This document shows, in pieces, positions 48,597 to 60,264 of a stretch of 64,000 bases of DNA. The stretch's first letter is position 1, and each line of letters opens with the position of its first letter. Source of the DNA: an uncultured Bacteroidota bacterium (GTDB lineage Bacteria; Bacteroidota; Ignavibacteria; UBA10030; UBA6906). The stretch covers positions 160,001 to 224,000 of the forward strand of contig CAVOYH010000002.1 of NCBI GenBank assembly GCA_963700635.1, given 5' to 3'. A model generated the notes under the pieces. The model was not told the origin of the DNA, did not search any database, and worked only from the letters and a program-made list of their open reading frames with translations. The translations under genes and the position numbers were made by a program.

Positions 48597-50537
48597 ATGA
48601 GAAGGTTTCGTGTACTCGGTGTGTTGCTGACCGGTGTCATCTGGACGTGCACCTTCCTCCACGGCCAAACCGATCTGCCCGTTCGGGATCCTGCCGCTGC
48701 CGGTATCACAAAGCGGGCTGAACGGTATCCGTACGCGGTCACCCGAAATCAGATGCTCCCTGCACACCTGTTCCGCGCCGATACTTCGGGAAAGGGCCTT
48801 TCTTTTGACCTCGGCGATAGTACGCTGTTCGGCCAACTCCATGCGGGGCCTGCGTTCTTTGATGAGCAGCAGTCGGACTACCACGAAACGAGGTTCCGGC
48901 AGACCGTGGATGTCACAGCGGGCAGAGGTTTCCTTCCCGTAGCCCAGTATTTTGAAGCCGGTAACACCATCAATGCAAATCAGTGGGTGGACCGGGGCGT
49001 GCTTGGCTATCGCCTCGAGCTGATGCGTGTGGAGAACGGGCGGCCCGTCCACCACGGACTCGCAGACGGGCGTGTCTGGTTTAGCGTTGTGGGGGGGCGT
49101 GTGCGGCCTGTGGTTTCCATCTGTGAAGGGCCTGCCGTAAACCTGGTGGTGAGTGATCATCCGGAATGGATTGTTGTCTCCAGCGAGACTGACCGGCCCG
49201 CTCGTGTATGGCTGGAACTTGAGGGCGGCCGGGTGTTGGCCTCTCCGCTCGTTGGAAAAAGGCATGAAATCCGGGTCGACGGGCTACTTCCTGATACGCG
49301 ATACCGGTACCGGGTGCTGGCCGTGGAAAGCGGAGATACGATCGGGACCCCGTGGATTCACTTCCTCAGCGCGCCGGCAAAGGGCACATCTGGAGTTGTG
49401 TTTGTCTATGCGGGGGACGGGCGCGCTGCCTCGGGCGGGGGTGAATATGGAACTCGTGGCGTGAACAGAAAAGTCGTCTCCCGCATAGCAGAAGAAGCAC
49501 ACAGGAAGGGAGCACGGTTTTTTCTGTTTGGCGGAGACCTGATCGGCGGGCATGTAAACTCCGTGGAGGCCTTCCGTACGCAGCTCAAATCCTTCAAACA
49601 GGCAATCGAGCCTTTCAGGCACAGCACGGCGTTTTATTCTGCGCTGGGGAATCACGAAACACTGCTGCACGTGTTTGACAACGGGAGCCGATACGGGTTG
49701 GGAATGGACAGGTGGCCATACGACACGGAGAGTGCGGAGGCGGTCTTTGCCGACGAGTTTGTGCACCCGCGAAACGGACCGACTCCACAGCCGGGTCTGC
49801 CGCCGTATGCTGAAACTGTATTTTCGTTCCAGTACGGCGATGTTCGGGTCATCGTATTTAACAACAACTACTGGTGGACTTCGCATTCCAGCATCCCGTC
49901 ATTCGGCGGGTCGCCTGAAGGATACATACTGCCTGAACAACTCTCGTGGATCGAGCATGAACTTCAATCCGCCGAAGTTGATTCGACGGTCCGGCATATC
50001 CTTCTTCTTGCCCAGGAACCGGTATTTCCGGGCGGCGGACACGTCGGCGATGCTATGTGGCACAACGGTGATAACACGATGCGTGCATTCCAGAATGTGA
50101 ACGGTGCGATGGTTCCATCGCCGATGGGGATTGTGGACGTTCGGAATCGGTTATGGGAGATGATCTGCCGGAACCCGAAGGTCGCCGCCGTCCTGGGCTC
50201 CGATGAACACAATTATCAACGGATGCTTATCACGAATAACACGCCCGTCGGAGTCCCGAGTGAGGATGATATCGACGGCGATGGCAAGTTGCGTGACGGA
50301 AAGCTATCCCCGAATCCCGGTTTCGTGCGTCCCACGTGGTTCATCATCTCCGGAGGAGCGGGCGCACCATACTATACACAACAACATGCCCCGTGGAATT
50401 CTGCAGTCCTTCGTTTCACGCCGCAATCTCATTATGTTCTCTTTTCCTCGGAAACCGGGAAACTCAAACTTCAAGCATTCAGCGCCGGCGGGCAACTGCT
50501 TGACGAGGTGGACGATCTCGTGACTGCCGGCCGGTAA
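48597..50537 (+). CDS. Exported FN3 + calcineurin-like metallophosphoesterase (purple-acid-phosphatase-like architecture)
   Basis: Signal peptide; H.I...GL.PDT.Y.Y FN3 segment; AGDGR, GGDLI, LGNHE, SDEHNY, SGGAGAP. Confidence 0.8.
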   Translation: MRRFRVLGVLLTGVIWTCTFLHGQTDLPVRDPAAAGITKRAERYPYAVTRNQMLPAHLFRADTSGKGLSFDLGDSTLFGQLHAGPAFFDEQQSDYHETRFRQTVDVTAGRGFLPVAQYFEAGNTINANQWVDRGVLGYRLELMRVENGRPVHHGLADGRVWFSVVGGRVRPVVSICEGPAVNLVVSDHPEWIVVSSETDRPARVWLELEGGRVLASPLVGKRHEIRVDGLLPDTRYRYRVLAVESGDTIGTPWIHFLSAPAKGTSGVVFVYAGDGRAASGGGEYGTRGVNRKVVSRIAEEAHRKGARFFLFGGDLIGGHVNSVEAFRTQLKSFKQAIEPFRHSTAFYSALGNHETLLHVFDNGSRYGLGMDRWPYDTESAEAVFADEFVHPRNGPTPQPGLPPYAETVFSFQYGDVRVIVFNNNYWWTSHSSIPSFGGSPEGYILPEQLSWIEHELQSAEVDSTVRHILLLAQEPVFPGGGHVGDAMWHNGDNTMRAFQNVNGAMVPSPMGIVDVRNRLWEMICRNPKVAAVLGSDEHNYQRMLITNNTPVGVPSEDDIDGDGKLRDGKLSPNPGFVRPTWFIISGGAGAPYYTQQHAPWNSAVLRFTPQSHYVLFSSETGKLKLQAFSAGGQLLDEVDDLVTAGR

Positions 50538-50737
50538 AACAGAGCGGTGCGCGGGGTACGTTGTAGTGTTTCAGCGGACACGGGCGCCGCGGGGCATGCA
50601 GTATCCAGCATTCCCGTCATTGCCGGGTGATCCCATCCTGTGGCAAATCTGGCCGCATTTTCCTACATTACAATTCCTCCGGTCGCGATGTACAGTGACG
50701 GGAGCGTCCGCAGTTGTTTCATGATCGTAGGCACGCA

Positions 50738-52180
50738 TTGTCCACCGTTCGCGTTCGATTTGCTCCAAGCCCCACCGGGTTTCTTCATGTAGGCGGGTTG
50801 AGAACCGCGCTGTACAATTACCTCTATGCGCGAAAGCACAAGGGGAAGTGTATTCTCCGGATTGAAGATACCGATCGAACCCGTTATGTCGAAGGCGCCG
50901 TTGAGAACTTGATCAGCACTCTCCATTGGGTGGGGCTGGAATTTGACGAGGGGCCACACGCGGGGGGGGATCGCGGGCCGTATGTGCAGTCGGAACGACT
51001 CAGCGTGTACCGGGATCATGCGGAACGCCTGGTCCGCGAAGGGAAGGCATACTATGCCTTCGACACTCCTGAGGAACTTGAAGTCATGAAGTCAGGGCAG
51101 GAGCTCCGACGGGTCACCCCGAAGTACGACCGCCGTGCGCTTGACCTCTCCGCGGAAGATGTAAGTCGGAAGCTGACAGAGGGTGTTCCTTCTGTGATTC
51201 GCCTCAGGATTCCGGATAATGTGACAGTCGCCGTGGACGATCTCATCCGCGGCCGGGTGGAGTTCGCCAGCGAGATGATTGACGACCAGGTTCTTCTGAA
51301 GTCAGATGGGTACCCGACGTACCACCTCGCGAATGTTGTGGACGACCACCTGATGGGCGTTTCACACGTTATTCGAGGCGAAGAGTGGCTCTCCAGTACA
51401 CCCAAGCATGTGATCCTGTACCAGTATTTCGGGTGGGACATGCCTCTCTTTGCCCACTTGCCTCTGCTGCTTAATCCGGACCGCTCCAAATTGAGCAAGC
51501 GGCAGGGTGATGTGGCTGTTGAGGAGTACATGCGAAAAGGGTATCTCCCTGAGGCGCTCCTGAATTTTATTGTGTTCCTTGGTTGGAATCCCGGAGATGA
51601 TCGTGAGATATTCTCGCTGGACCAGCTGGTTCAGGAATTCAGCCTTGAGCGGGTTGGCAAGTCCGGTGCGGTCTTCAATATGGACAAGCTCAATTCCGTC
51701 AACAAACAGTATATCCGTTCCACCGCGTCAGAAGACCTGGCGGATGCAGTCCGGCCTCGAGTGCGAACCCATGGATACGCAGTGCCGGACGAACAGTATC
51801 TTTCCGGAGTTATCGGGCTGATGAGGGAAAGGGCAACCACGGTTGATGAGTTCGTGACGGGGTGCCCCTATCTTTTTGCCGACCCTGTTGCCTTCGATGA
51901 GGAGGCGAAAAAGAAGAGCTGGAAACCGGGAAGCGCTTCTGCTGTCCGGGAAGTTGCGACAGCACTGGGCGACATCTCGCAGTTTCAGGCGGGGGAGATC
52001 GAAATGGTGGTGCGAAGCGCGGCGGAGCGGTTAGGGGTGGGAACCGGAAAGATCATCCACCCGCTGAGGCTGGCGGTAAGCGGCACATCAAAAGGGCCGG
52101 GTCTCTTTGAGATGATGGAACTGCTCGGGAAAACCACATGTCTGCGGCGAATCGAACAGGCCATTCACGCTCTTGGTTGA
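50738..52180 (+). CDS. gltX: Glutamate--tRNA ligase
   Basis: RVRFAPSPTGFLHVGG, LRIEDTD, HVIRGEEW, KLSKR; TTG start inferred. Confidence 0.97.
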   Translation: MSTVRVRFAPSPTGFLHVGGLRTALYNYLYARKHKGKCILRIEDTDRTRYVEGAVENLISTLHWVGLEFDEGPHAGGDRGPYVQSERLSVYRDHAERLVREGKAYYAFDTPEELEVMKSGQELRRVTPKYDRRALDLSAEDVSRKLTEGVPSVIRLRIPDNVTVAVDDLIRGRVEFASEMIDDQVLLKSDGYPTYHLANVVDDHLMGVSHVIRGEEWLSSTPKHVILYQYFGWDMPLFAHLPLLLNPDRSKLSKRQGDVAVEEYMRKGYLPEALLNFIVFLGWNPGDDREIFSLDQLVQEFSLERVGKSGAVFNMDKLNSVNKQYIRSTASEDLADAVRPRVRTHGYAVPDEQYLSGVIGLMRERATTVDEFVTGCPYLFADPVAFDEEAKKKSWKPGSASAVREVATALGDISQFQAGEIEMVVRSAAERLGVGTGKIIHPLRLAVSGTSKGPGLFEMMELLGKTTCLRRIEQAIHALG

Positions 52181-52205
52181 TTCTGCAAAACCCTATGTCT
52201 ATATT
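52177..52205 (+). promoter_or_regulatory. Putative promoter TTGATT-N17-TATATT upstream of folB
   Basis: ttgatt 52177-52182, tatatt 52200-52205. Confidence 0.6.
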
Positions 52206-52225
52206 AGAACATTACTGGCGGTAGA

Positions 52226-52600
52226 ATGGCACTTCCAGGGCGTAATGTAATCCGGATCCGGAACGCGGTGTTTTATGCATACCATGGTGTGATGCAGGAT
52301 GAACAGAACCTGGGGGGGAAGTTCGAGCTGGACGTGGACATGGTCGGCGATTTTTCCGCAGCGGCAAAGACGGACTCCCTGAAAGGGACGGTTGATTACG
52401 AGCAGGTGTACGGCTTCATCCGCGCCACGGTCCTGGAGAAGAAATACTACCTGCTCGAAGCGCTTGCGCATACGATTGCCGCTGGACTGCTGGGGGAATA
52501 CACGGCGATCAGTGAAGTAACGGTGCGCATTCGAAAACCCCATCCCCCGGTACGCGGGGTCGTGGATTATGTTGAAGTCGAAATGACTGAGCGCCGATGA
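52226..52600 (+). CDS. folB: Dihydroneopterin aldolase
   Basis: FYAYHGV...E, TVDY, LLEALA, RKPHPP. Confidence 0.95.
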   Translation: MALPGRNVIRIRNAVFYAYHGVMQDEQNLGGKFELDVDMVGDFSAAAKTDSLKGTVDYEQVYGFIRATVLEKKYYLLEALAHTIAAGLLGEYTAISEVTVRIRKPHPPVRGVVDYVEVEMTERR

Positions 52601-53103
52601 CAACATTTCGTGTCTTTGTCGGATTGGGATCAAATATCGGTGACCGTTTCAAGTATCTTACGGAAGCGGCCGCAGCGTTGCATGCCGTTCCGGATACATC
52701 CGTCGTCTGGTTCTCTTCTGTGTATGAGGCTGATGCATGGGGGAAAACAGATCAGCCGCGCTTTCTCAATACTGCATGTGAACTTAATACGACCCTGGAA
52801 CCACGCGCACTTCTCGGTTTCCTGAAGAAGATCGAGGAGACGCTGGGACGGAGCAGTCACGACCGGTGGGGTCCCCGCGAAATTGATCTGGATATTCTGG
52901 TGTATGACGGGCTGGCCTTCGAGGACGAACTGGTCTGCGTACCGCATCGTGATCTCGAACACCGGCGCTTTGCGCTGGTTCCGCTGCGCGATATTGCGCC
53001 CGACCTCGTTCATCCGGTCAACGGACTGACCATACTGGATATGGCCGCCGCATGTGCTGACCAGGGCCGGGTTGTGAAAACATCCCACCATATGCCGGTC
53101 TGA
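52597..53103 (+). CDS. folK: 2-amino-4-hydroxy-6-hydroxymethyldihydropteridine diphosphokinase
   Basis: GLGSNIGD, QPRFLN, WGPREIDLDIL, PH. Confidence 0.96.
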   Translation: MTTFRVFVGLGSNIGDRFKYLTEAAAALHAVPDTSVVWFSSVYEADAWGKTDQPRFLNTACELNTTLEPRALLGFLKKIEETLGRSSHDRWGPREIDLDILVYDGLAFEDELVCVPHRDLEHRRFALVPLRDIAPDLVHPVNGLTILDMAAACADQGRVVKTSHHMPV

Positions 53104-53131
53104 GCTTTGCCATCTCGCTAAGGAGTAACGC

Positions 53132-53812
53132 GTGTCCAATCAGGAATCCCTTGAATCCATCATTGCCCGGAGCGACCACCGCTATATCGCAATCGAAGGT
53201 GTTATCGGTGCCGGGAAGACATCGCTCACGCAGATGCTGGGAGCCACGCTCGGGGCGCGTGTCGTACTCGAACAGTTCGAGGAGAACCCGTTCCTGAAGG
53301 ACTTCTATCGGGATCCGGAACGGTACGCGTTTCAAACGCAAATTTTCTTCCTGCTTACACGGTACAAGCAACAACGGAATCTTTTTCAGGGAGATCTTTT
53401 CCAGCAGATGCTGGTGACAGACTACATTTTTGAGAAGGACAAGATTTTCGCATATCTGAATCTGCAGGATGAAGAACTGAAGCTCTACGAGACACTGGTC
53501 AGCAGTATCGAACACAATATCCCAACTCCTGATCTCGTCGTGTACCTGCAGTCCGGTGTTCCCCGGCTTATGCAGAACATCAGACAGCGCGGGCGGGAGA
53601 TCGAACACCATATGTCCGAAGCATATATCAAGGACCTGAATGAAGCCTACAACTACTTCTTTTTCAGGTACAAAGCCACGCCGTTGTTGATCGTGAATGC
53701 CACGGAGATTGATTTTGTAGGGAACAAGGATCACTACGAACAACTCGTCAGGGAGATATTCCGCCCCACCCGGGCACCCGTGGAGTATTACAATCCTCAT
53801 GTGAATCCGTAA
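53132..53812 (+). CDS. Deoxynucleoside kinase
   Basis: IAIEGVIGAGKT, ENPFL, PDLVVYL, RGR. Confidence 0.92.
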   Translation: MSNQESLESIIARSDHRYIAIEGVIGAGKTSLTQMLGATLGARVVLEQFEENPFLKDFYRDPERYAFQTQIFFLLTRYKQQRNLFQGDLFQQMLVTDYIFEKDKIFAYLNLQDEELKLYETLVSSIEHNIPTPDLVVYLQSGVPRLMQNIRQRGREIEHHMSEAYIKDLNEAYNYFFFRYKATPLLIVNATEIDFVGNKDHYEQLVREIFRPTRAPVEYYNPHVNP

Positions 53813-53821
53813 CCGGAGGAG

Positions 53822-54067
53822 ATGATGCGTCTTTTGGTGATAGTGTTCTATATTATTCTGGGGGTGATCCTCTGGAAAGTAGTTCGCGGTGCCCTCAGGA
53901 TGATGCAGGGTGCTCATAAAGAGCGAAACGGACGCGTCCACTCGTCACAAGCTGACCAGGCCGTTCGGACGAAGGAGTCCCAACACCGTGAGATTCAGGA
54001 GGCGGATTTTGAAGATCTTACGCCCCCGCGAAAAGAGCCGCAAGGATCGAAGAACACCGACACATGA
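53822..54067 (+). CDS. Small membrane-anchored hypothetical protein
   Basis: SD GGAGG; N-terminal TM helix; IQEADFEDL motif; overlaps next start. Confidence 0.65.
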   Translation: MMRLLVIVFYIILGVILWKVVRGALRMMQGAHKERNGRVHSSQADQAVRTKESQHREIQEADFEDLTPPRKEPQGSKNTDT

Positions 54068-55221
54068 CCCCCGCGGTGCCCAACCTCCGGAGTATTGAAC
54101 GGGTTTTCAAAAAGGTTCTCCTGTTCCTCCTCCGGGTGGCCTTCAGATCGCGCCACATTCCTCCTGTGAATCCGGACGATTTCTCCCGCATCCTGGTAAT
54201 CCGCCAGCATAATCAGCTCGGCGATATGCTCTGTGTTACTCCTCTTCTCCGAACGCTCCGGCATAGGTTTCCCGGCGCGTTCATCGCACTCCTGACAAGC
54301 CCGGTGAACCACGAAGTTATGCTGCACCATACAGCCCTGGACAACGTGATTGTTTTTGACAAGCGGAAGTTCCTCGATAATCACGGGTTTCATCCGGTTG
54401 TCTTCTGGCGATTTGTACGTCAATTGCGGTCCTCTACGTTTGATCTTGTCCTTGTTCCAGCAACAGTCTCAACATCTGTAACGAGTGATCTGCTGGCTTT
54501 TTTCACGGGAGCACGGGTGCGGATCGGGGCCGGGAGCATTGACGGCAAGGCCAACCCGTCAGCGTTTTTTTACACCCACGAACGTCAGCTTGCCTGGCCC
54601 GAGGGTATTCCGCGGCACCAGAGTGAGCGGAATCTGGATATTGCAGAGCCCCTCGGGTTGACCAGTGAGGATCTTACATTGAACCTGACCCTGACAGAAA
54701 AGGAAAAAGAGTGGGGACGTACCCAAATCTGTGACGTTTTTGGCGGTTCTTTCCCTACGATTGCGTACCATGTGGGAGCAGGAAAAAAGGCCAACAGGTG
54801 GCCCGCTGAGAGGTTTGCGCACATTATTAACACCCTCGGGCATGAGCTCGGGGTTCCGAGTCTTCTGATTTCTGGGCCGATGGATGAAACGCCGGTTCAA
54901 GATGTAGTCAGTAGATTAACTGTAAAGCACTATATCATTACAAAGCAAAGCATTAGAGCTGTTGCTTCATGTTTGTCCGCGGTGGATCTTCTGGTTTCCA
55001 ATGACACCGGCATCATGCATGTGGGGGCTGCAACGGGAACCACGGTGCTTTCGATATTTGGTCCCACGGATCCTCATCAGTGGGCACCTTGTGGACCAAA
55101 ACATCGTTATATTAATAGCAGCTCAGGTGATATCGAAGACATCCCGACCGGGGTGGTTCTGGAGTCAATACGCCGGATGTTGCGGAGCACGGGAGCAGCA
55201 GAAATAGAGGGAGCACCATGA
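54064..55221 (+). CDS. Glycosyltransferase family 9 (heptosyltransferase-like)
   Basis: [25 protein letters not shown]. Confidence 0.92.
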   Translation: MTPAVPNLRSIERVFKKVLLFLLRVAFRSRHIPPVNPDDFSRILVIRQHNQLGDMLCVTPLLRTLRHRFPGAFIALLTSPVNHEVMLHHTALDNVIVFDKRKFLDNHGFHPVVFWRFVRQLRSSTFDLVLVPATVSTSVTSDLLAFFTGARVRIGAGSIDGKANPSAFFYTHERQLAWPEGIPRHQSERNLDIAEPLGLTSEDLTLNLTLTEKEKEWGRTQICDVFGGSFPTIAYHVGAGKKANRWPAERFAHIINTLGHELGVPSLLISGPMDETPVQDVVSRLTVKHYIITKQSIRAVASCLSAVDLLVSNDTGIMHVGAATGTTVLSIFGPTDPHQWAPCGPKHRYINSSSGDIEDIPTGVVLESIRRMLRSTGAAEIEGAP

Positions 55222-56159
55222 TTATTCAACGCAGCCAGAGCATAGACTACGCCAGCGAAATCCTGCGTCTCAAGAAGGAGATGAACGCAGTGATTCTGGC
55301 GCACTACTACCAGGAATCTGAAATTCAGGATCTGGCTGACCATATCGGGGACAGTTTACAGCTGGCCCAATTGGCTGCCAAGACGACTGCAGACGTTATC
55401 GTGTTTGCGGGAGTTCATTTTATGGCCGAAACTGCCAAAATTCTGAATCCCGGCAAACAAGTGTTAATACCTGACCTGGACGCCGGCTGTTCTTTGGCGG
55501 AAGGATGCCCGGCTTCGGCGTTCAAAGCCATGAGGGCGCGACACCCGGACCATGTTTCCATCACGTATATCAATTGCTCGGCTGACGTAAAGGCCGCAAG
55601 TGACATCATTTGCACATCGAGCAATGCAGAAAAAATCATCCGGAGTATTCCATCCGGGAAACCCATTTTTTTCGCTCCCGACCGGAATCTGGGCCAGTAC
55701 CTGATACGAAAAACCGGCAGAGACATGCTGCTCTGGGAAGGCTCGTGCGTTGTGCATGAAACGTTCAGTCAGCAGAAGATTCTCGCCTTGATGCTTGAGT
55801 TTCCTGAAGCCGAGCTCATCGCGCACCCCGAGTGTGAAGAGCCGATCCTTGCACGGGCCTCGTTTGTCGGTTCAACTTCCGCGCTCCTCAAGTATGTCCA
55901 GTCTGCCCGGGCTGAGAGTTTTATCGTCGCGACGGAACCCGGCATTATCCACCAGATGAACAAAGCCGCTCCGGCGAAACGATACATACCCGCACCCCCG
56001 GAGGCAAATTGTGCATGCAACGAATGTCCGTACATGAAGCTGAATACGATGGAGAAGCTTTACCGTTGTATGAAGGACCGGACGCCCGAGATTGTGATGG
56101 AAGAGGCGACCCGCGAGCGGGCGCTGAAACCCATACAGCGTATGCTGGAATTAAGTTAG
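55218..56159 (+). CDS. nadA: Quinolinate synthase
   Basis: ILAHYYQ, GDSL, GVHFMAE, AGCSL, YINCSA, AHPEC, CPYMK. Confidence 0.97.
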   Translation: MIIQRSQSIDYASEILRLKKEMNAVILAHYYQESEIQDLADHIGDSLQLAQLAAKTTADVIVFAGVHFMAETAKILNPGKQVLIPDLDAGCSLAEGCPASAFKAMRARHPDHVSITYINCSADVKAASDIICTSSNAEKIIRSIPSGKPIFFAPDRNLGQYLIRKTGRDMLLWEGSCVVHETFSQQKILALMLEFPEAELIAHPECEEPILARASFVGSTSALLKYVQSARAESFIVATEPGIIHQMNKAAPAKRYIPAPPEANCACNECPYMKLNTMEKLYRCMKDRTPEIVMEEATRERALKPIQRMLELS

Positions 56160-56189
56160 GGCCGGGGCTGATCTGCTCCGTGCCGCCGT

Positions 56190-56218
56190 TTGACCCTTTC
56201 TGGTTTGTTTAGTATATT
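56190..56218 (+). promoter_or_regulatory. Putative promoter TTGACC-N17-TATATT upstream of asnS
   Basis: ttgacc 56190-56195, tatatt 56213-56218. Confidence 0.65.
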
Positions 56219-56266
56219 GCCCCCGTTTTCATCCCTATCCGTTCGTCGTACTCAAAGGTAACCTCG

Positions 56267-57562
<1,296 letters not shown>

Positions 57563-57578
57563 GCCTCCGGACGGGTGC

Positions 57579-58502
57579 ATGCTGAGTGTTCAGAATCTCA
57601 CAAAACGTTTTACCGGGACCGTGGCGGTTGACGATGTTTCGTTCCGGATCGGCCGCGGCGAGATCTTCGGCCTGCTCGGGCCGAACGGTGCAGGCAAGAC
57701 AACCACGATCAGGATGGTCCTGCACATCCTGGAACCGGATACCGGAACCGTGACCTACGATGGCGTCCCGTTCTCCGAAGTCACGCGGAACACACTCGGG
57801 TATTTGCCGGAGGAGAGGGGGCTCTACAAGAAGAGCCGGCTGATTGACACGCTTCTGTACTTCGGCGAACTACGCGGACTTTCCCGGACCGGGGCGCGCG
57901 AGAACGCACTCCGATGGCTCAAACGTCTCGAACTCAACGGTCAGGAAAACCGTCGGATCGAAGAATTCTCGAAAGGAAACCAGCAGAAGATACAGTTTAT
58001 TGCGTCTGTCATCCATGATCCGGCCCTTGTGATTCTGGATGAGCCCTTTTCGGGGCTGGATCCCGTCAACCAGCTTCTGTTTAAGGACATCTTTCAGAAC
58101 ATGAAACATGAGGGGAAGGCGATTGTTCTGTCAACCCATCACATGGACCAGGCGGAACGTCTCAGCGATACCCTGTGTCTGATCAACAAGGGGAAAGTGG
58201 TTCTCGGCGGCAGCGTGCGCGACGTAAAACGGAGCCACGGCAAGAACTCCCTCCACGTCGAGTTTGACGGCGATGGTGCTTTCATGCAGAATCTGACAGG
58301 CGTGCATCAGGCACTGCTGTATGAGCGGAGTGCTGAGCTTGAGCTCGCCCCCGGGACCATGCCCAGAGCGGTGATCGAGCAGATCAACGGGCGGGTTGAT
58401 CTCAGGAAAGTTGAACTCCTCGAACCGTCGTTACACTCCATTTTTCTCCAGGCCGTCGGAAAACCGCGGTCGGGCAACGGAGCAGGGGGGCAGGCGCAAT
58501 GA
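57579..58502 (+). CDS. ABC transporter ATP-binding protein (NatA/YhaQ-like)
   Basis: GPNGAGKTT, YLPEERGLY, FSKGNQQK, ILDEPFSGLDP. Confidence 0.93.
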   Translation: MLSVQNLTKRFTGTVAVDDVSFRIGRGEIFGLLGPNGAGKTTTIRMVLHILEPDTGTVTYDGVPFSEVTRNTLGYLPEERGLYKKSRLIDTLLYFGELRGLSRTGARENALRWLKRLELNGQENRRIEEFSKGNQQKIQFIASVIHDPALVILDEPFSGLDPVNQLLFKDIFQNMKHEGKAIVLSTHHMDQAERLSDTLCLINKGKVVLGGSVRDVKRSHGKNSLHVEFDGDGAFMQNLTGVHQALLYERSAELELAPGTMPRAVIEQINGRVDLRKVELLEPSLHSIFLQAVGKPRSGNGAGGQAQ

Positions 58503-59740
58503 GGAAAATGCTCGCCGTTGCCCGCTGGGAGTACTTCGAAAAAGTAAAGAGCAAGATCTTTTTGATCGGGCTTTTTCTGACGCCGGTCATCATGATTGCA
58601 CTGGGAGTCCTTCCGGGGTTTTTTGCGAGTCAGGAAGACGAAACGACGCGGGCCATCGGGGTGATCGATGCGACAGGTACTCTTGCTGAGTCATTTGCCG
58701 AACAATTACAGTCGCGCTACACTCTGAACAACGGGAATCCCAATTACGTCGTGATGCCCCTGGCTTCAGGGCCGGCCATTGATCTTGAAGCCGCGCAACG
58801 TGATGCTGCGCTCCGTGTGTCACGGGATGAGATTGAAGGCTTCTTTGTCCTGACCGGATCCGATAGCATCGTGGAGTACCGCACGAAGGTGATAGGTGAT
58901 TTCCGTATCGGGATGCGCATCGAAGAGACGCTCAAGGACCTTGTTGCACATCAGCGGGTGCGGAGCCTCGGGCTGGATCCCGGGATCCTCGAAAAACTTC
59001 ATGTCGGCCTGGATGTGCGCATTGTGAAACTTTCCACCGAAGGGGAGGATGAAGAAGCGGGGTTCGAGCGAGTCTTTATTTCGGCATATGTATTTCTGAT
59101 GATGCTCTTCCTGCTCATCATCACTTCAGGTCAGATGCTCGTCCGAAGCGTCATTGAAGAAAAGTCAAACCGTATTGTGGAGGTGCTGGTCTCGTCGTGT
59201 TCGCCAACGCAGCTGATGGCGGGAAAGGTGCTCGGATTGAGCGCCCTGGGGCTCACACAGATGGCGTTCTGGGCTCTCATCGGCATTGCACTCTCGGCGC
59301 AATTCGGCATGACGCTTGTGGGCGCAGATCAGGCGCTGCTTCTGGTCCTCTACTTCATCCTTGGGTATTTGTTTTACGCTGCGATCTTTATCGGTGCCGG
59401 CGCTCCCTTTAACACTGAACAGGAGGCGCAGCAGATTACGTCGTATCTTGTCATTTTCCTTATCCTGCCGATCGTGCTGGCGGTCCCGGCCATAAAAGAC
59501 CCGGGGGCCACGTGGATCCAGGTGCTGACCTACGTGCCGCTTCTTACCCCGACCATGATGGCGCTCCGGATTCCCATACAGATGCCGGCCTGGTGGGAAA
59601 TCCTTTCAACATCGTTGCTTATGGTTGTTTCAATCTATGTCGCGATGATCATCGCGGGCCGCATATTCCGTATTGGCATCCTTACCACCGGAAAGAGTCC
59701 AAATCTGAAGGAGCTCCTCCGCTGGATACGCACAGGATAA
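58499..59740 (+). CDS. ABC-2 type permease (NatB/YhaP-like)
   Basis: IEEKSNRIVEVL, MAGKVLG; one N-terminal plus several C-terminal TM helices. Confidence 0.9.
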   Translation: MRKMLAVARWEYFEKVKSKIFLIGLFLTPVIMIALGVLPGFFASQEDETTRAIGVIDATGTLAESFAEQLQSRYTLNNGNPNYVVMPLASGPAIDLEAAQRDAALRVSRDEIEGFFVLTGSDSIVEYRTKVIGDFRIGMRIEETLKDLVAHQRVRSLGLDPGILEKLHVGLDVRIVKLSTEGEDEEAGFERVFISAYVFLMMLFLLIITSGQMLVRSVIEEKSNRIVEVLVSSCSPTQLMAGKVLGLSALGLTQMAFWALIGIALSAQFGMTLVGADQALLLVLYFILGYLFYAAIFIGAGAPFNTEQEAQQITSYLVIFLILPIVLAVPAIKDPGATWIQVLTYVPLLTPTMMALRIPIQMPAWWEILSTSLLMVVSIYVAMIIAGRIFRIGILTTGKSPNLKELLRWIRTG

Positions 59741-59747
59741 AACGACA

Positions 59748-60245
59748 ATGAAACCACGATCGCTGATGCTCTTCCTGTGTGTGGTCAGCTATGCTCTGTC
59801 CACACACGCACAAGTTGTTCTCCCCGACCGGGAGGCCGCGGGCGGGCTTCGCCAGCATGTCTTCGGTCTGGGTGTGTTCGTCGGTCCCTCGTCCGGGCTC
59901 GGACTCAGTTTTCGTCATCACCTGCCGTCCACGGTGAGTTATCAGCTGACCGGCGGGATCGTAAAGATCGACGACCGGCTCCAGTATGCTGTTGGTGGCG
60001 AAGTGCAGCTGGATCTTTCCCGGACCTCCGGGACAAGGTTTTTTATTGCGGGGGCGCTCGGATACTATTATGCCGGGAGTGCCGACAGAAATGAAATGGC
60101 CGGGCCCGGCCGTATTGGCCTCGGACTCGGCGGTGAAATGTTCGCAGGCGGAGGATTTCATGCGGCCGTTGAGCTTCTGTTCACATACTTCAGTGACGGC
60201 ACGGTCCTCCCGCTTCCCCAGTTCGGCTTGTATTACTATTTTTAA
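59748..60245 (+). CDS. Hypothetical small outer-membrane beta-barrel protein
   Basis: Signal peptide ending STHAQ; Gly-rich alternating strands; C-terminal GLYYYF. Confidence 0.6.
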   Translation: MKPRSLMLFLCVVSYALSTHAQVVLPDREAAGGLRQHVFGLGVFVGPSSGLGLSFRHHLPSTVSYQLTGGIVKIDDRLQYAVGGEVQLDLSRTSGTRFFIAGALGYYYAGSADRNEMAGPGRIGLGLGGEMFAGGGFHAAVELLFTYFSDGTVLPLPQFGLYYYF

Positions 60246-60264
60246 ATCCCTGATGTGAGCCCCT

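Noticed and set aside
50612-50703. 11-bp imperfect inverted repeat (tcccgtcattg / cagtgacggga) flanking the putative gltX promoter, suggesting an invertible promoter
   Set aside because: Short and mismatched, no recombinase nearby, and phase variation of an essential synthetase is implausible.
32174-53941. Long antisense ORFs such as 32174-33007, 34295-35086, 48507-49265 and 53018-53941
   Set aside because: They lie opposite well-supported genes and lack motifs; expected from GC-rich codon usage.
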